A stretch of DNA of 64,000 nucleotides. Origin: Alphaproteobacteria bacterium. GTDB taxonomy: Bacteria; Pseudomonadota; Alphaproteobacteria; SP197. Location: positions 576,001 to 640,000 of the forward strand of contig OZ219920.1 of the NCBI GenBank assembly GCA_964291415.2. Reading direction: 5' to 3'. The position numbers and the translations under genes are program-made. The notes under the pieces were generated by a model, which searched no databases, was not told the origin of the DNA, and saw nothing but the letters and a program-made list of their open reading frames with translations. Numbering within the stretch: position 1 is the first letter of the stretch; each line of letters starts with the position of its first letter. Shown piece by piece: positions 33,530-43,671 of this stretch.

Positions 33530-34450
33530 TTGCTGAGCTTTCTCTTGGCACGATGCGACTGAAGAGCGGACCGCGGAAACGGTCCAGGACGAAGGGTTGA
33601 AGAGCGATCGCCGGAGTTCTCTCCGCCACCAGTTCGGCGATGATGGCCCCGGTTCCGGCTGCGCCGATCATGCCCTGATGGCCATGTCCGAAGGCAAACA
33701 GGATCTGCGGGTGCCATGGCGCACGGCCCAGAACGGGAAGACGGTCAGGGGTGCAAGGCCTTTCTCCCGTCCAGACGGTTCGCCGAGCGAAGGCAAGGCG
33801 TTCAGAGCATCGTTGCGACGACGGTTCGCCGGTTGACCTGGGCGGGCGAATTCGACGGTGTGGCCTGTGCGGATCCCCATCGCCATGGGCGCGATGCTTG
33901 CCGCTGGATCGACCGGCATGACGACGGTGTTGCGTGCGATTTCGGGTTCCTCGAATGTCACATGGCAGCTTCGCTGCGACACCAGGGGTGCCCTGTAGTC
34001 CGGGTCCGCGAGAAGACGGCCCGACCACACGCTCGCGGCGACAACGGCCATGTCATGGCAGCGGATTGTTCCACCGGCTTCGATCAATGCCTGACCGTCG
34101 ACCGCCAGCTGGCTTACGTCCCTGATCACCAGTTTTCCACCGTTGCCGGAGAAGTGATCGGCAAGGCTGGAGACCAGGCGATAGGGGTCTGTCGCGCGGG
34201 CTGTTTCGGGAAGAAACACGCCATGCGCGATCTCTCGCGACAGGGCCGGCTCAAGGCCCCGCAGGTCCTGGGCCCCGAGGCATTCGACAGTGTGGCCCGA
34301 GAGCCTGCACATTTCCGTGGCGAGGCCGTTGTGAAGCCTTTCCGCATGCCCTTGTTCACCACCAGGGCCTCCAGGCCCGCTTCCCCCAAGAGCGGCCTCG
34401 GCAGTGTGAGTGTCGGACCTCGCCTCTTGGCCCCACGCTGAGCGCAAGGC
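33530..34450 (-). pseudogene. FAD-dependent D-amino-acid dehydrogenase (DadA-like) remnant
   Basis: DLRGLEPALS, VVAASVWS, GHTVEFA; after frameshift WTGERPCTPDRLPVLG, AFGHGHQG; N-terminus missing. Confidence 0.75.
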
Positions 34451-34504
34451 CCCGGCCCGCCACGGTCACACCCGTGTGATTTCGTTGACTCGCGGACGGG
34501 AGTC

Positions 34505-34551
34505 TGCCACCTTGTCGTCATTATTCATGGAAAAATGACGACAAGGTGGCA
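34505..34551. promoter_or_regulatory. Perfect 18-bp-arm inverted repeat overlapping the start of the second AAA_14 gene
   Basis: TGCCACCTTGTCGTCATT-11 nt-AATGACGACAAGGTGGCA; GTG at 34546 lies in the right arm. Confidence 0.7.
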
Positions 34552-35707
34552 CGAAACTCATACCCCCGACTGATTTCTGCGCCCGGACAGAGCTTCTTCC
34601 TGCTCGGTCTGCGCGGGGTCGGCAAGAGCACCTGGGCGCGAAGGCAGTTCCCCGATGCCCTTCACATCGATCTCCTCGACGAGGCCCGCTATCAGGATTA
34701 TCTCGCCGATCCATCCATCTTCGCCCTCGATCTGCAGGATGCGGAACCCGGCAGCTGGGTGGTGGTCGACGAAATCCAGCGCCTCCCCAATCTCCTCAAC
34801 GAGGTGCATCGTCATATCGAAGCGCGTCACAGTCAACTTCGCTCTCCTTGGGTCGAGTGCACGCAAGCTCAAGGCGGCCGGTGTCAACCTGCTTGCTGGC
34901 CGGGCATTGCACCTGACCATGCATCCCCTGGCTCCTGGTGAACTCGGCGATGACTTCGATCTCGATGCCGCGCTCGATACGGGGACCATCCCTCTGGTGT
35001 GGGTTGCGGACGACAGGCGTGCGGTGCTCGAGAGCTACGCCCGATTCTACCTCCGCGAAGAGATTCGTGCCGAGGGACTCGTCAGGAACCTGCCGGGATT
35101 TGCACGATTCCTGCCCGTCGCCGCCCTCTGTCACGGCGAGGTCGTCAATGTCTCGAGCCTTGCGCGTGACTGTGGCGTCGCTCGGACCACCGTCGAGGGC
35201 TATCTGGACATCCTGGAAGACACACTGGTTGTCTTTCGACTACCCGCCTTCCAGCCGCGCTTGCGGGCTCGGGAACGTCGCCATCCGAAGCTCTTCTGGG
35301 CCGATCCGGGCTTGGTGCGGGCGGTCAAGAAACTCCATGGACCGATTGCGCCCGAAGAGCGCGGCACACTCCTTGACGGCTGGATCCTGCATCTGCTGCG
35401 GGCCCACGGGGAGGAGGGGGGACTGTTCGAGGACTTGCACTACTGGGCGCCGCATTCCGGAGGACGGACAGAAGTGGATTTCCTGCTTCGGCGGGGCAAC
35501 GAGTTCGTGGCGATCGAGGTCAAATCCCGGCCTCGCTATCACACCGGCATGCTGCCAGGGTTGCGAGCGGTTGATGCACTTGCGGGCGTGGTGCGGCGTG
35601 TCCTCGTCTACGGTGGCAAGAGGTCCTTCCGGACGGCAGACGGAATCGACGTGTGGACCCTTGACCGGCTGCACCACGCGCTCGCCGGGAACACCATATG
35701 GCCATGA
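34546..35707 (+). pseudogene. AAA_14-DUF4143 ATP-binding protein, frameshift near 34830
   Basis: GLRGVGKST and VDEIQR in one frame; LLGSSARKL, HPKLFWADPGL, EVDFLL..AIEVK in another. Confidence 0.85.
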
Positions 35708-35875
35708 GTACACAACCATCGCGGTTGAACGTGAAGCGGGTCGGGCGCCACGACAGCCACATTTTCGGTGTGGGCAGGCGCCATCCCTGAGCGCGCCGCG
35801 CCCGACGCCATCCGTTCCTGCGCGGCGGCGGGTGCCCGGCCCGGGGGCCGCAGTGTTCAGCCGTGCCGGGCTTTC

Positions 35876-37280
35876 CGGATCACCCCTACCAGCGCATGGA
35901 AGCGGTGATCCCGACCCGGTGCTCCGCCGACCTGTCGTCGTCCGCAGGCTCCCAGCGCGTCGCCTCGAAGCCGACGTGGAACGACACACGCTCCGTCTCC
36001 GCGAGACCCAGCGTCCACCCAAGGCGCCAGTCGTGGCCGGCATCGGAGAGACCCAGACCCAGTTCCGGCGTCCCCGTGACGTGACCGCCCAGGAGCGCCA
36101 TGCCGTAGCCCACGCGCGCCTCCAGACGACCGCTCTCCTGCCCGGAGGACGCCCCCGGGCCGATGCCGGTCTGCCACAGCCGGTCGACGGCGCTCGCCGC
36201 CTGGCCCCACGCCGGACGCACGCTGAGCGCAAGGCCCCGGCCCGCGGCGCCCGGATCAAGACGCACCAGGCCGCTCACGCCCCATTCCTCGTAGTCGCCG
36301 CCTTGGCCGACCAGCGTCCGCGCCCGGCCCTCCACGGTCAGACCCGTCGCCTCGTCCGCATAGCCGATGCCGCCCCCGGCCTCGATGCCGCTGCCGGTCT
36401 CGCCGTCGCCCACGTCGTTCCTCATGCCGACCTCGAGGGAAGGCGTGACGAGCGCTCCCGACGCCAGGCGCCGGGTGTGGCTCCCCTCGACCATCAATCG
36501 ATGACGGCCGGCCTCCAGCTCCAGCGCCGCGATGCCGCCCGAGCCGTCCACCTCGGTCTCCGTGAAGGCCGCATCACCCCTGACCCGAAGGCGCGTCGTG
36601 CCGCCCGCGATCAGCTCGTCGCTGGTCATCAGCGTCCCGCTCAGGCCCGCCGCCGCCATCCGCTGCGTCAGGTCGCTCGACTGCGTGCCCGCCGCCTCCT
36701 CGATCTCGACCTCGCCCCAGCCCTGGCCCGCCATCGCCCACAGGCTCATGCCGCCGGGAGCCTGCCAGCCCACGTAGGGGGCAACGCTCGTCACCGTCGC
36801 CGTGAACTCGCCCGCCGAGGCGCCGGTGTAGTCCACCGCGCCCCGCGAGCGGCCCAGCGACACGCCCGCCAGCAGCTCCGCGCTCAGCCGGGTGTCGACC
36901 CCCAGGTTCGCGCTCAGGACGCTGCCGTCGTAGTCGACGCTTTGCGGGTTGCCGCCGGAGATCTTGCGCCAGTCCCCGCTTCCCCACAGCGTCAGGTTGC
37001 CGAGCGGACCCGTGTCCGCGGATCCGGCCGCACCGAGCGGCAACACGAAGGACGAGCCTGCGAGCAGCCGGCCGGGATCGAAGGTGCCGTTGGCCAGCGC
37101 CTGTCCGTTGGCCATCAGCACATCCTCGAGCGTCGAGGCGCCGCCCAGGCTCATCTCCTGCGACGCCGCCTCTCCGGAACCCGCCTGATCGATGCGGCGC
37201 GAGACCGCATCCACCGTGCTCGCCGTCATCGCACGCATCACCTGGGGAAGAATGGTCTCGATCACCGCGTTGGGATCGCC
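35876..37280. repeat. ~1.4-kb near-identical direct repeat, copy 1 (copy 2 at 38825-40229)
   Basis: Offset 2949 bp; only one difference seen by eye (37023 T vs 39972 C, synonymous). Confidence 0.92.
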
Positions 37281-38501
37281 TGCGACCGGAGCCTGAGCCG
37301 CGGTTCCGTAGAAACCCGATCCGACGATGATGTTGACCGGGATGACGCTTCCGTCCGTTCTCTGGATCTGGCTGCTGAACTGTCTCGCATATCCCACCTT
37401 GGGGATGTCGGCGCTGTCGGTGTCGTCGGTGGGATCGTCGAAGTAGTACTCCACGAAGCCGCCGTCCGGACTGCTCTTCGCCGCCTCGATGACCTGCGGC
37501 AGAATCAACTCTCCGGTCACGACGTCACGAACGGTCGGCACCAGGGGCCGACTCTCGTACCTGTCCGGGAACGCTGCGTGAAACGTGATGATGTTGGTGA
37601 CAGTGTCCAGGACGTAGAGATACACGGAGCCGTGCCTCCAGGGCCCGTTGGGATCCCGCAAGGCGATCCTGGCCTGAGAGGCCGCGGCCGTATCCCCGGA
37701 CTTCTGGATTTCAATCATGTAGTGTCCTGCCTGCGTGACGAACTCTTTCAGGGTCTCTCGGTCCATCACCTCACGGGCCGTGATGGTCGGGTCGCCGTAG
37801 TTGATGGTCTCGGCGCTGATGGGAACCAGGTGAGACTCGCCGAGGTCGAACCCGGTGAGCAGCACGATCGGAGCCCGGAAATTGGGCGAGACATAGACGC
37901 TGGCGTAGCCGGAAGCACCGGGTATGCCTGGCCGCAGACCCGGTACGGGAGTGGTGGCATCGAAATCCCCGTCCGGTTCCTGCGACAATGTGGCGAAGAC
38001 CGCGGCGAAAGCGCTGTCGCGCGTGTCAGGATCGGGAGAGGCCAGGTTGGCCAGAGCTGCCGGGTCGACGCCCAGCGCCACAAGGATCTCCGCGTAAATC
38101 GCGGGGTTGAGGAGTCTGCCCGCGAGGGACATGTCCTTGGCGTGAATGAGAACCCGGCCGTCCGGCGTCAGGCTCACGATGTAGGTGGAACCCGAACGCC
38201 AGACACTTTCCTCCTGCCTTATGAGACATCCGATATGCAGCCCCTGCTCCACGGTCGTGGCCGCTCTGGCATATTCCCTGGACCGATCCCTCACGGAGAG
38301 AGCGAACTCCCTCAGGGAACCGGTGCCGTTTTCAACCTCTTGCGCCGTCACGGTCGGGTCCGCGGGCGGCGTCACGCCGGGAGGAAGCGGACAGGCCTCC
38401 TGGGCCAGCGCCGGCCGCGTCCCGGCAAGGAGGCAGACCAGCATGAGGACGCACAGGACGACGGATGCCGGTCCCCAGGTTTTCCACGCGGCGGTATTCA
38501 T
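35886..38501 (-). CDS. Autotransporter-like outer-membrane protein with Cache-like passenger (copy A)
   Basis: Signal peptide; WRHGSVYLYVLD...GGFVEYYFDDP...KVGYA single-Cache-like motif; amphipathic beta-strands; terminal Trp; AGGAG before ATG 38501. Confidence 0.8.
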   Translation of the reverse strand: MNTAAWKTWGPASVVLCVLMLVCLLAGTRPALAQEACPLPPGVTPPADPTVTAQEVENGTGSLREFALSVRDRSREYARAATTVEQGLHIGCLIRQEESVWRSGSTYIVSLTPDGRVLIHAKDMSLAGRLLNPAIYAEILVALGVDPAALANLASPDPDTRDSAFAAVFATLSQEPDGDFDATTPVPGLRPGIPGASGYASVYVSPNFRAPIVLLTGFDLGESHLVPISAETINYGDPTITAREVMDRETLKEFVTQAGHYMIEIQKSGDTAAASQARIALRDPNGPWRHGSVYLYVLDTVTNIITFHAAFPDRYESRPLVPTVRDVVTGELILPQVIEAAKSSPDGGFVEYYFDDPTDDTDSADIPKVGYARQFSSQIQRTDGSVIPVNIIVGSGFYGTAAQAPVAGDPNAVIETILPQVMRAMTASTVDAVSRRIDQAGSGEAASQEMSLGGASTLEDVLMANGQALANGTFDPGRLLAGSSFVLPLGAAGSADTGPLGNLTLWGSGDWRKISGGNPQSVDYDGSVLSANLGVDTRLSAELLAGVSLGRSRGAVDYTGASAGEFTATVTSVAPYVGWQAPGGMSLWAMAGQGWGEVEIEEAAGTQSSDLTQRMAAAGLSGTLMTSDELIAGGTTRLRVRGDAAFTETEVDGSGGIAALELEAGRHRLMVEGSHTRRLASGALVTPSLEVGMRNDVGDGETGSGIEAGGGIGYADEATGLTVEGRARTLVGQGGDYEEWGVSGLVRLDPGAAGRGLALSVRPAWGQAASAVDRLWQTGIGPGASSGQESGRLEARVGYGMALLGGHVTGTPELGLGLSDAGHDWRLGWTLGLAETERVSFHVGFEATRWEPADDDRSAEHRVGITASMRW

Positions 38502-38834
38502 CTGGCGCACTCCTTGCCTGGCAAGAGGAGCATACTGATCCAAGCACCGGATTGTGAAGCGTCAAACTGAACGGCCGGGCCGTGTCCTGTGCCGAATGAC
38601 GTGTTGTCCGTGTGCGAGGGTCACGAGCCCGGCGCCGGAGGTCGGCGCTGTCGGGTTCGAAAGGCGGAGAGCCGGAAATGCGGTCATGGAGGCCGGACTG
38701 AAGCCCGGAAGGAACGCGACAGACCGGCCACCGGATTCTGACGTTGGCGCGCTCGTCGACCGCCGGTTCCGCGGCGGCGGGGACCCGGCCCAGGGGCCGC
38801 AGTGTTCAGCCGCGCCGGGTTCCCCGGATCACCC

Positions 38835-41381
38835 CTACCAGCGCATGGAAGCGGTGATCCCGACCCGGTGCTCCGCCGACCTGTCGTCGTCCGCAGGCTC
38901 CCAGCGCGTCGCCTCGAAGCCGACGTGGAACGACACACGCTCCGTCTCCGCGAGACCCAGCGTCCACCCAAGGCGCCAGTCGTGGCCGGCATCGGAGAGA
39001 CCCAGACCCAGTTCCGGCGTCCCCGTGACGTGACCGCCCAGGAGCGCCATGCCGTAGCCCACGCGCGCCTCCAGACGACCGCTCTCCTGCCCGGAGGACG
39101 CCCCCGGGCCGATGCCGGTCTGCCACAGCCGGTCGACGGCGCTCGCCGCCTGGCCCCACGCCGGACGCACGCTGAGCGCAAGGCCCCGGCCCGCGGCGCC
39201 CGGATCAAGACGCACCAGGCCGCTCACGCCCCATTCCTCGTAGTCGCCGCCTTGGCCGACCAGCGTCCGCGCCCGGCCCTCCACGGTCAGACCCGTCGCC
39301 TCGTCCGCATAGCCGATGCCGCCCCCGGCCTCGATGCCGCTGCCGGTCTCGCCGTCGCCCACGTCGTTCCTCATGCCGACCTCGAGGGAAGGCGTGACGA
39401 GCGCTCCCGACGCCAGGCGCCGGGTGTGGCTCCCCTCGACCATCAATCGATGACGGCCGGCCTCCAGCTCCAGCGCCGCGATGCCGCCCGAGCCGTCCAC
39501 CTCGGTCTCCGTGAAGGCCGCATCACCCCTGACCCGAAGGCGCGTCGTGCCGCCCGCGATCAGCTCGTCGCTGGTCATCAGCGTCCCGCTCAGGCCCGCC
39601 GCCGCCATCCGCTGCGTCAGGTCGCTCGACTGCGTGCCCGCCGCCTCCTCGATCTCGACCTCGCCCCAGCCCTGGCCCGCCATCGCCCACAGGCTCATGC
39701 CGCCGGGAGCCTGCCAGCCCACGTAGGGGGCAACGCTCGTCACCGTCGCCGTGAACTCGCCCGCCGAGGCGCCGGTGTAGTCCACCGCGCCCCGCGAGCG
39801 GCCCAGCGACACGCCCGCCAGCAGCTCCGCGCTCAGCCGGGTGTCGACCCCCAGGTTCGCGCTCAGGACGCTGCCGTCGTAGTCGACGCTTTGCGGGTTG
39901 CCGCCGGAGATCTTGCGCCAGTCCCCGCTTCCCCACAGCGTCAGGTTGCCGAGCGGACCCGTGTCCGCGGACCCGGCCGCACCGAGCGGCAACACGAAGG
40001 ACGAGCCTGCGAGCAGCCGGCCGGGATCGAAGGTGCCGTTGGCCAGCGCCTGTCCGTTGGCCATCAGCACATCCTCGAGCGTCGAGGCGCCGCCCAGGCT
40101 CATCTCCTGCGACGCCGCCTCTCCGGAACCCGCCTGATCGATGCGGCGCGAGACCGCATCCACCGTGCTCGCCGTCATCGCACGCATCACCTGGGGAAGA
40201 ATGGTCTCGATCACCGCGTTGGGATCGCCCGCCACGGCCTCAGGCGCCCTCAGGTAAACGCCCGAACCAATGATGAGGTTGGTGGTGATCTCGGCCCCGG
40301 TACTCGTGGTGATCGTTCTGGCGAACTGCCTCGCATAGCCCAGTTTGGGGATGTCGGCGCTGTCGGTGTCGTCGGTGGGATCGTCGAAGTAGTACTCCAC
40401 GAAACCGCCGTCCGGGTTGCTGGTTGCCGCCTGGATGACCTGCGGCAGGACGAACTCTCCCGTCACGATGTCCTTCACGGTTGGCACCAGGGGCTTGAGC
40501 TCGAACCTGTCGGGAAATGCTCCGTGAAACAGGATGACGTTGGAGGTCCGATCCAGAATGTAGAGATACACGGAGCCGTGCCTCCAGGGCCCGTTCGGAT
40601 CTCTGAGCGCAAGCCTGGCCCTGGCGAAGGCAGCCCTGGATTCCGCGGTCGATGTCACGCCTCTCTGAGTGCCGATGAGGAACTTCAACGCTTCCGTGAC
40701 GAAGGCCTTCAGACTCTCCCGGTCCACCACCTCACTGGCCGTGATGGCCGGATTGCCATAATCGATGGTCTCTTCGGTCAGATGAGAGGCGGTGAGGTCG
40801 AATCCGGCGAGCAGCACAATCGGGCGCCCCGAGTTGACCGAGACATAGACAGCCGCATAGCCAGAGGCGCCCGGAACGTTGGGCACGCTGAACGAGGCGC
40901 CGGTCCTGGCTCCGGGGGACGTGGCCGTCGCAGGGTTGGTCGGGTCGATTCCCAATGCTCGAAGGATCACTCCGTAGATTCGGGGGTCGAGCTTTCCGGC
41001 TGAAAGGGACATGTCCTTGGCATGGAGAAACACCCGTCCATCGAGCGTCAGCGTCACGATGTACGTGGAGCCGGAACGCCACGGACCGTCTTCCAGTCGA
41101 AGCCGGCATCCCGAGTATGCAAGCTGTTGCGCGGTCAGCGTTTCGGAGCCTCTGCGCTCGAACTGCGCTGTCGCGGCCTGCGCGAACTGCGCCAGTGTGG
41201 CGGTGCCGTCTTCCACATCCTGCGCCGTCACGGGCGGGTCCGCGGGCGGCGTCTCGCCAGCGGGAAGCGGACACGCCTCCTGCGCCCGGGCCGAACGCGC
41301 GTCGGTCACGATGCCGGCCAGCATCACAAGGCAAAATGCAACAGCAACCGATGCCCTGATCTTCCACGCTCCGGTATTCAT
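38835..41381 (-). CDS. Autotransporter-like outer-membrane protein with Cache-like passenger (copy B)
   Basis: Paralogue of copy A with identical C-terminal ~465 aa and diverged passenger. Confidence 0.8.
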   Translation of the reverse strand: MNTGAWKIRASVAVAFCLVMLAGIVTDARSARAQEACPLPAGETPPADPPVTAQDVEDGTATLAQFAQAATAQFERRGSETLTAQQLAYSGCRLRLEDGPWRSGSTYIVTLTLDGRVFLHAKDMSLSAGKLDPRIYGVILRALGIDPTNPATATSPGARTGASFSVPNVPGASGYAAVYVSVNSGRPIVLLAGFDLTASHLTEETIDYGNPAITASEVVDRESLKAFVTEALKFLIGTQRGVTSTAESRAAFARARLALRDPNGPWRHGSVYLYILDRTSNVILFHGAFPDRFELKPLVPTVKDIVTGEFVLPQVIQAATSNPDGGFVEYYFDDPTDDTDSADIPKLGYARQFARTITTSTGAEITTNLIIGSGVYLRAPEAVAGDPNAVIETILPQVMRAMTASTVDAVSRRIDQAGSGEAASQEMSLGGASTLEDVLMANGQALANGTFDPGRLLAGSSFVLPLGAAGSADTGPLGNLTLWGSGDWRKISGGNPQSVDYDGSVLSANLGVDTRLSAELLAGVSLGRSRGAVDYTGASAGEFTATVTSVAPYVGWQAPGGMSLWAMAGQGWGEVEIEEAAGTQSSDLTQRMAAAGLSGTLMTSDELIAGGTTRLRVRGDAAFTETEVDGSGGIAALELEAGRHRLMVEGSHTRRLASGALVTPSLEVGMRNDVGDGETGSGIEAGGGIGYADEATGLTVEGRARTLVGQGGDYEEWGVSGLVRLDPGAAGRGLALSVRPAWGQAASAVDRLWQTGIGPGASSGQESGRLEARVGYGMALLGGHVTGTPELGLGLSDAGHDWRLGWTLGLAETERVSFHVGFEATRWEPADDDRSAEHRVGITASMRW

Positions 41382-41729
41382 TCGGCACCCTCCCTGCCTG
41401 GCGAGACAAGCATACTAATTCGTGCGCCGGATTGTGAAGTGTCAAGCTGGGGACAGTCGGGCCGCGCCTGCGGGGTTCCGAGGGAGCACTGTTCGACCTG
41501 ATTCCGTGTCTCTCGTGGTCACAACGACGAGGACCGCCCGGTCGCGAATGCCAGCAAGCTCGCCCGCCGCCAGAATCCTCACGCTCCGCCGTTGTCCGGG
41601 ATCATGGATTGGACCATGATTGCGCGCCTGCTCCGGTGTTCGGAACGAAAGGGTGGTGTGGCGATGCATGCTCGACTTCTGGCCATGGTTGGTGCCGTTC
41701 TCCCGGGTGACGGGTGAGCCACCGGTGTC

Positions 41730-42782
41730 GTGATGCACCAGCCTCACTTCGGCAGCGACAACGCTTCCGGCATCGCGCCGGAGGTCTTCGAGGCCCTGGC
41801 GCGATCAAGCGCCGGTGGAGTCGATTCCTATGGTGGCGACGGACTGACCCTTGCCCTCGAGGAGAGGTTTGGCGAGATCTTCGAAACCGACGTTTCCGTC
41901 TTGCCGGTGGGGACGGGGACCATCGCCAATGCGCTGTCTCTGGCGTTTCTCACACCGCCCTGGGGCAGCGTCTTCTGCTACGAGGAGGCCCACATCGTCG
42001 TTGACGAGGCCAATGCACCGGAGTTCTTCACCAGCGGCGCCAAGCTGATCGGTCTCGAGGGTGACCACGGGCGTCTTCACCCGCGTGACTTGCGGCGCGC
42101 GGCTGCATCCTTCGATGCCGATGATGTCCACCATCCGCGTCCCTCGGTGTTGTCCATCACCCAGGCAAGCGAGTGCGGCACACTCTATTCCCCTGACGAT
42201 GTCCGCGCCCTGGGCGACACGGCGCGCGATCTCGGTCTCGCCGTCCACATGGATGGAGCCCGCTTCGCCAACGCGGTTGCCGCCCTCGAATGCCGGCCCG
42301 CCGACATGACCTGGCGGGCCGGTGTCGACGTGCTCTCGTTCGGCGCCACCAAGAATGGCTGTCTGGCGGCCGAGGCCATCATCGTCTTCGGCGACAGGAG
42401 AAAGGACGTTCCCGTCCTGCGCCGTCACCACAAGAGGGCAGGCCAGCTCTTCTCCAAGATGCGCTTCCTTTCGGCCCAGCTTGATGCCTATCTCGACTCC
42501 GGAAACTGGCTGGCATGGGCGGGCAACGCCAATACCCAGGCACGCAGGCTGGCTGACGGTCTCCAGGAGATCGAGGGTGTCCGTCTCCTCCACCCTGTCG
42601 ACGTCAACGAGATCTTCCTCGAGATGCCGCTCGTCATTTTCGAGCGGCTCAGGAGGACTGGATTCGGATTCTATCCCATTCAGCCCACCGACAAGGACAC
42701 CGGTACCGTGCGTCTCGTCACGTCCTTCAACACGTCTCAGGGCGACATCGACCGACTCCTGACCGCCGCCACGACCGCCTGA
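41730..42782 (+). CDS. ltaE: Low-specificity L-threonine aldolase
   Basis: FGSDN, GTGTIANAL, HMDGARFANA, SFGATKNG PLP lysine. Confidence 0.92.
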   Translation: MMHQPHFGSDNASGIAPEVFEALARSSAGGVDSYGGDGLTLALEERFGEIFETDVSVLPVGTGTIANALSLAFLTPPWGSVFCYEEAHIVVDEANAPEFFTSGAKLIGLEGDHGRLHPRDLRRAAASFDADDVHHPRPSVLSITQASECGTLYSPDDVRALGDTARDLGLAVHMDGARFANAVAALECRPADMTWRAGVDVLSFGATKNGCLAAEAIIVFGDRRKDVPVLRRHHKRAGQLFSKMRFLSAQLDAYLDSGNWLAWAGNANTQARRLADGLQEIEGVRLLHPVDVNEIFLEMPLVIFERLRRTGFGFYPIQPTDKDTGTVRLVTSFNTSQGDIDRLLTAATTA

Positions 42783-42943
42783 TCACGCCTGGCGGTACCG
42801 GCCATATCCGATGGCAACAAGCTCCGCGGTGAACTGACGCGAGTGCTCCTGGTGGAGCAGGCCGCACCGTTTCCATCCATTCGGGGCACCGTGAGATGTC
42901 GCACGATAAGTCCACGGGGCCGGGGCCCAGGCAGAGTTGACTG

Positions 42944-43606
42944 TCACAGCCTGGCTGACAGGAACTCCATCGTGCGGTCCCACGAGGTGCGGGCGCTGGC
43001 GACATCGTAGGCATCGCTCACTTCGTTGAAGAAGGCGTGCTCGGCGTCGTACCGGTGGAGTTCGTGATCGACGCCGCCGGCGTTGAGGTCGGACACCAGA
43101 GCGTCCACGGCTTCGGGCGTGCACCAGTCGTCGATGTTGGCGAAATGGCCCTGGAACGGGATGCGGATGGCCGATGCATCGGCGAATTCCTTTGGCGGAA
43201 TGCCGTAGAATGCGACAGCCACATCGCATTCGGCGACATGAACGGCCGCCGCGATGGTGAGCGCCCCGCCCATGCAGAATCCGGTGACGGCGACGCGGCC
43301 GTTCGACAGGGACTTCAGATGGCCTGCTGCGCCGGCGATGTCCTGGTGGGTAGCTCCCGGGAAGTCGAGCCCCTCCATCATGTGCCCGGCCTCGTCCGCA
43401 TCGCCGGTCACCCTGCCCCGGTAGAGGTCGGGGGCAAGGGCATTGTATCCATGGCGCGCGAAGCGGTCGGCGACACCACAGATCTGATCGTTGAGGCCCC
43501 ACCATTCCTGGAGGACTATGACACCCGGGCGGTCTGCACCTGCTTCGGCCAGCCAGCCCTCGGTGGAACCGCCATCCGGGCGGGAAAAACTGATCATTCG
43601 GCCCAT
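42944..43606 (-). CDS. Dienelactone hydrolase family protein
   Basis: LQEWWGLN, APDLY, GFCMGG, HAFFN. Confidence 0.92.
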   Translation of the reverse strand: MGRMISFSRPDGGSTEGWLAEAGADRPGVIVLQEWWGLNDQICGVADRFARHGYNALAPDLYRGRVTGDADEAGHMMEGLDFPGATHQDIAGAAGHLKSLSNGRVAVTGFCMGGALTIAAAVHVAECDVAVAFYGIPPKEFADASAIRIPFQGHFANIDDWCTPEAVDALVSDLNAGGVDHELHRYDAEHAFFNEVSDAYDVASARTSWDRTMEFLSARL

Positions 43607-43671
43607 CTGGGGACCTCCCTTGTTGTTGTTGTGTTCAATTCTCTCATGTCGGCCGGGATGCGGACAGGGTT

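Noticed and set aside
34938-38570. 1210-aa ORF on + (and the 733-aa ORF at 38802-41003)
   Set aside because: Antisense shadows of the GC-rich autotransporter genes; Arg/Ala/Pro-rich with no motifs
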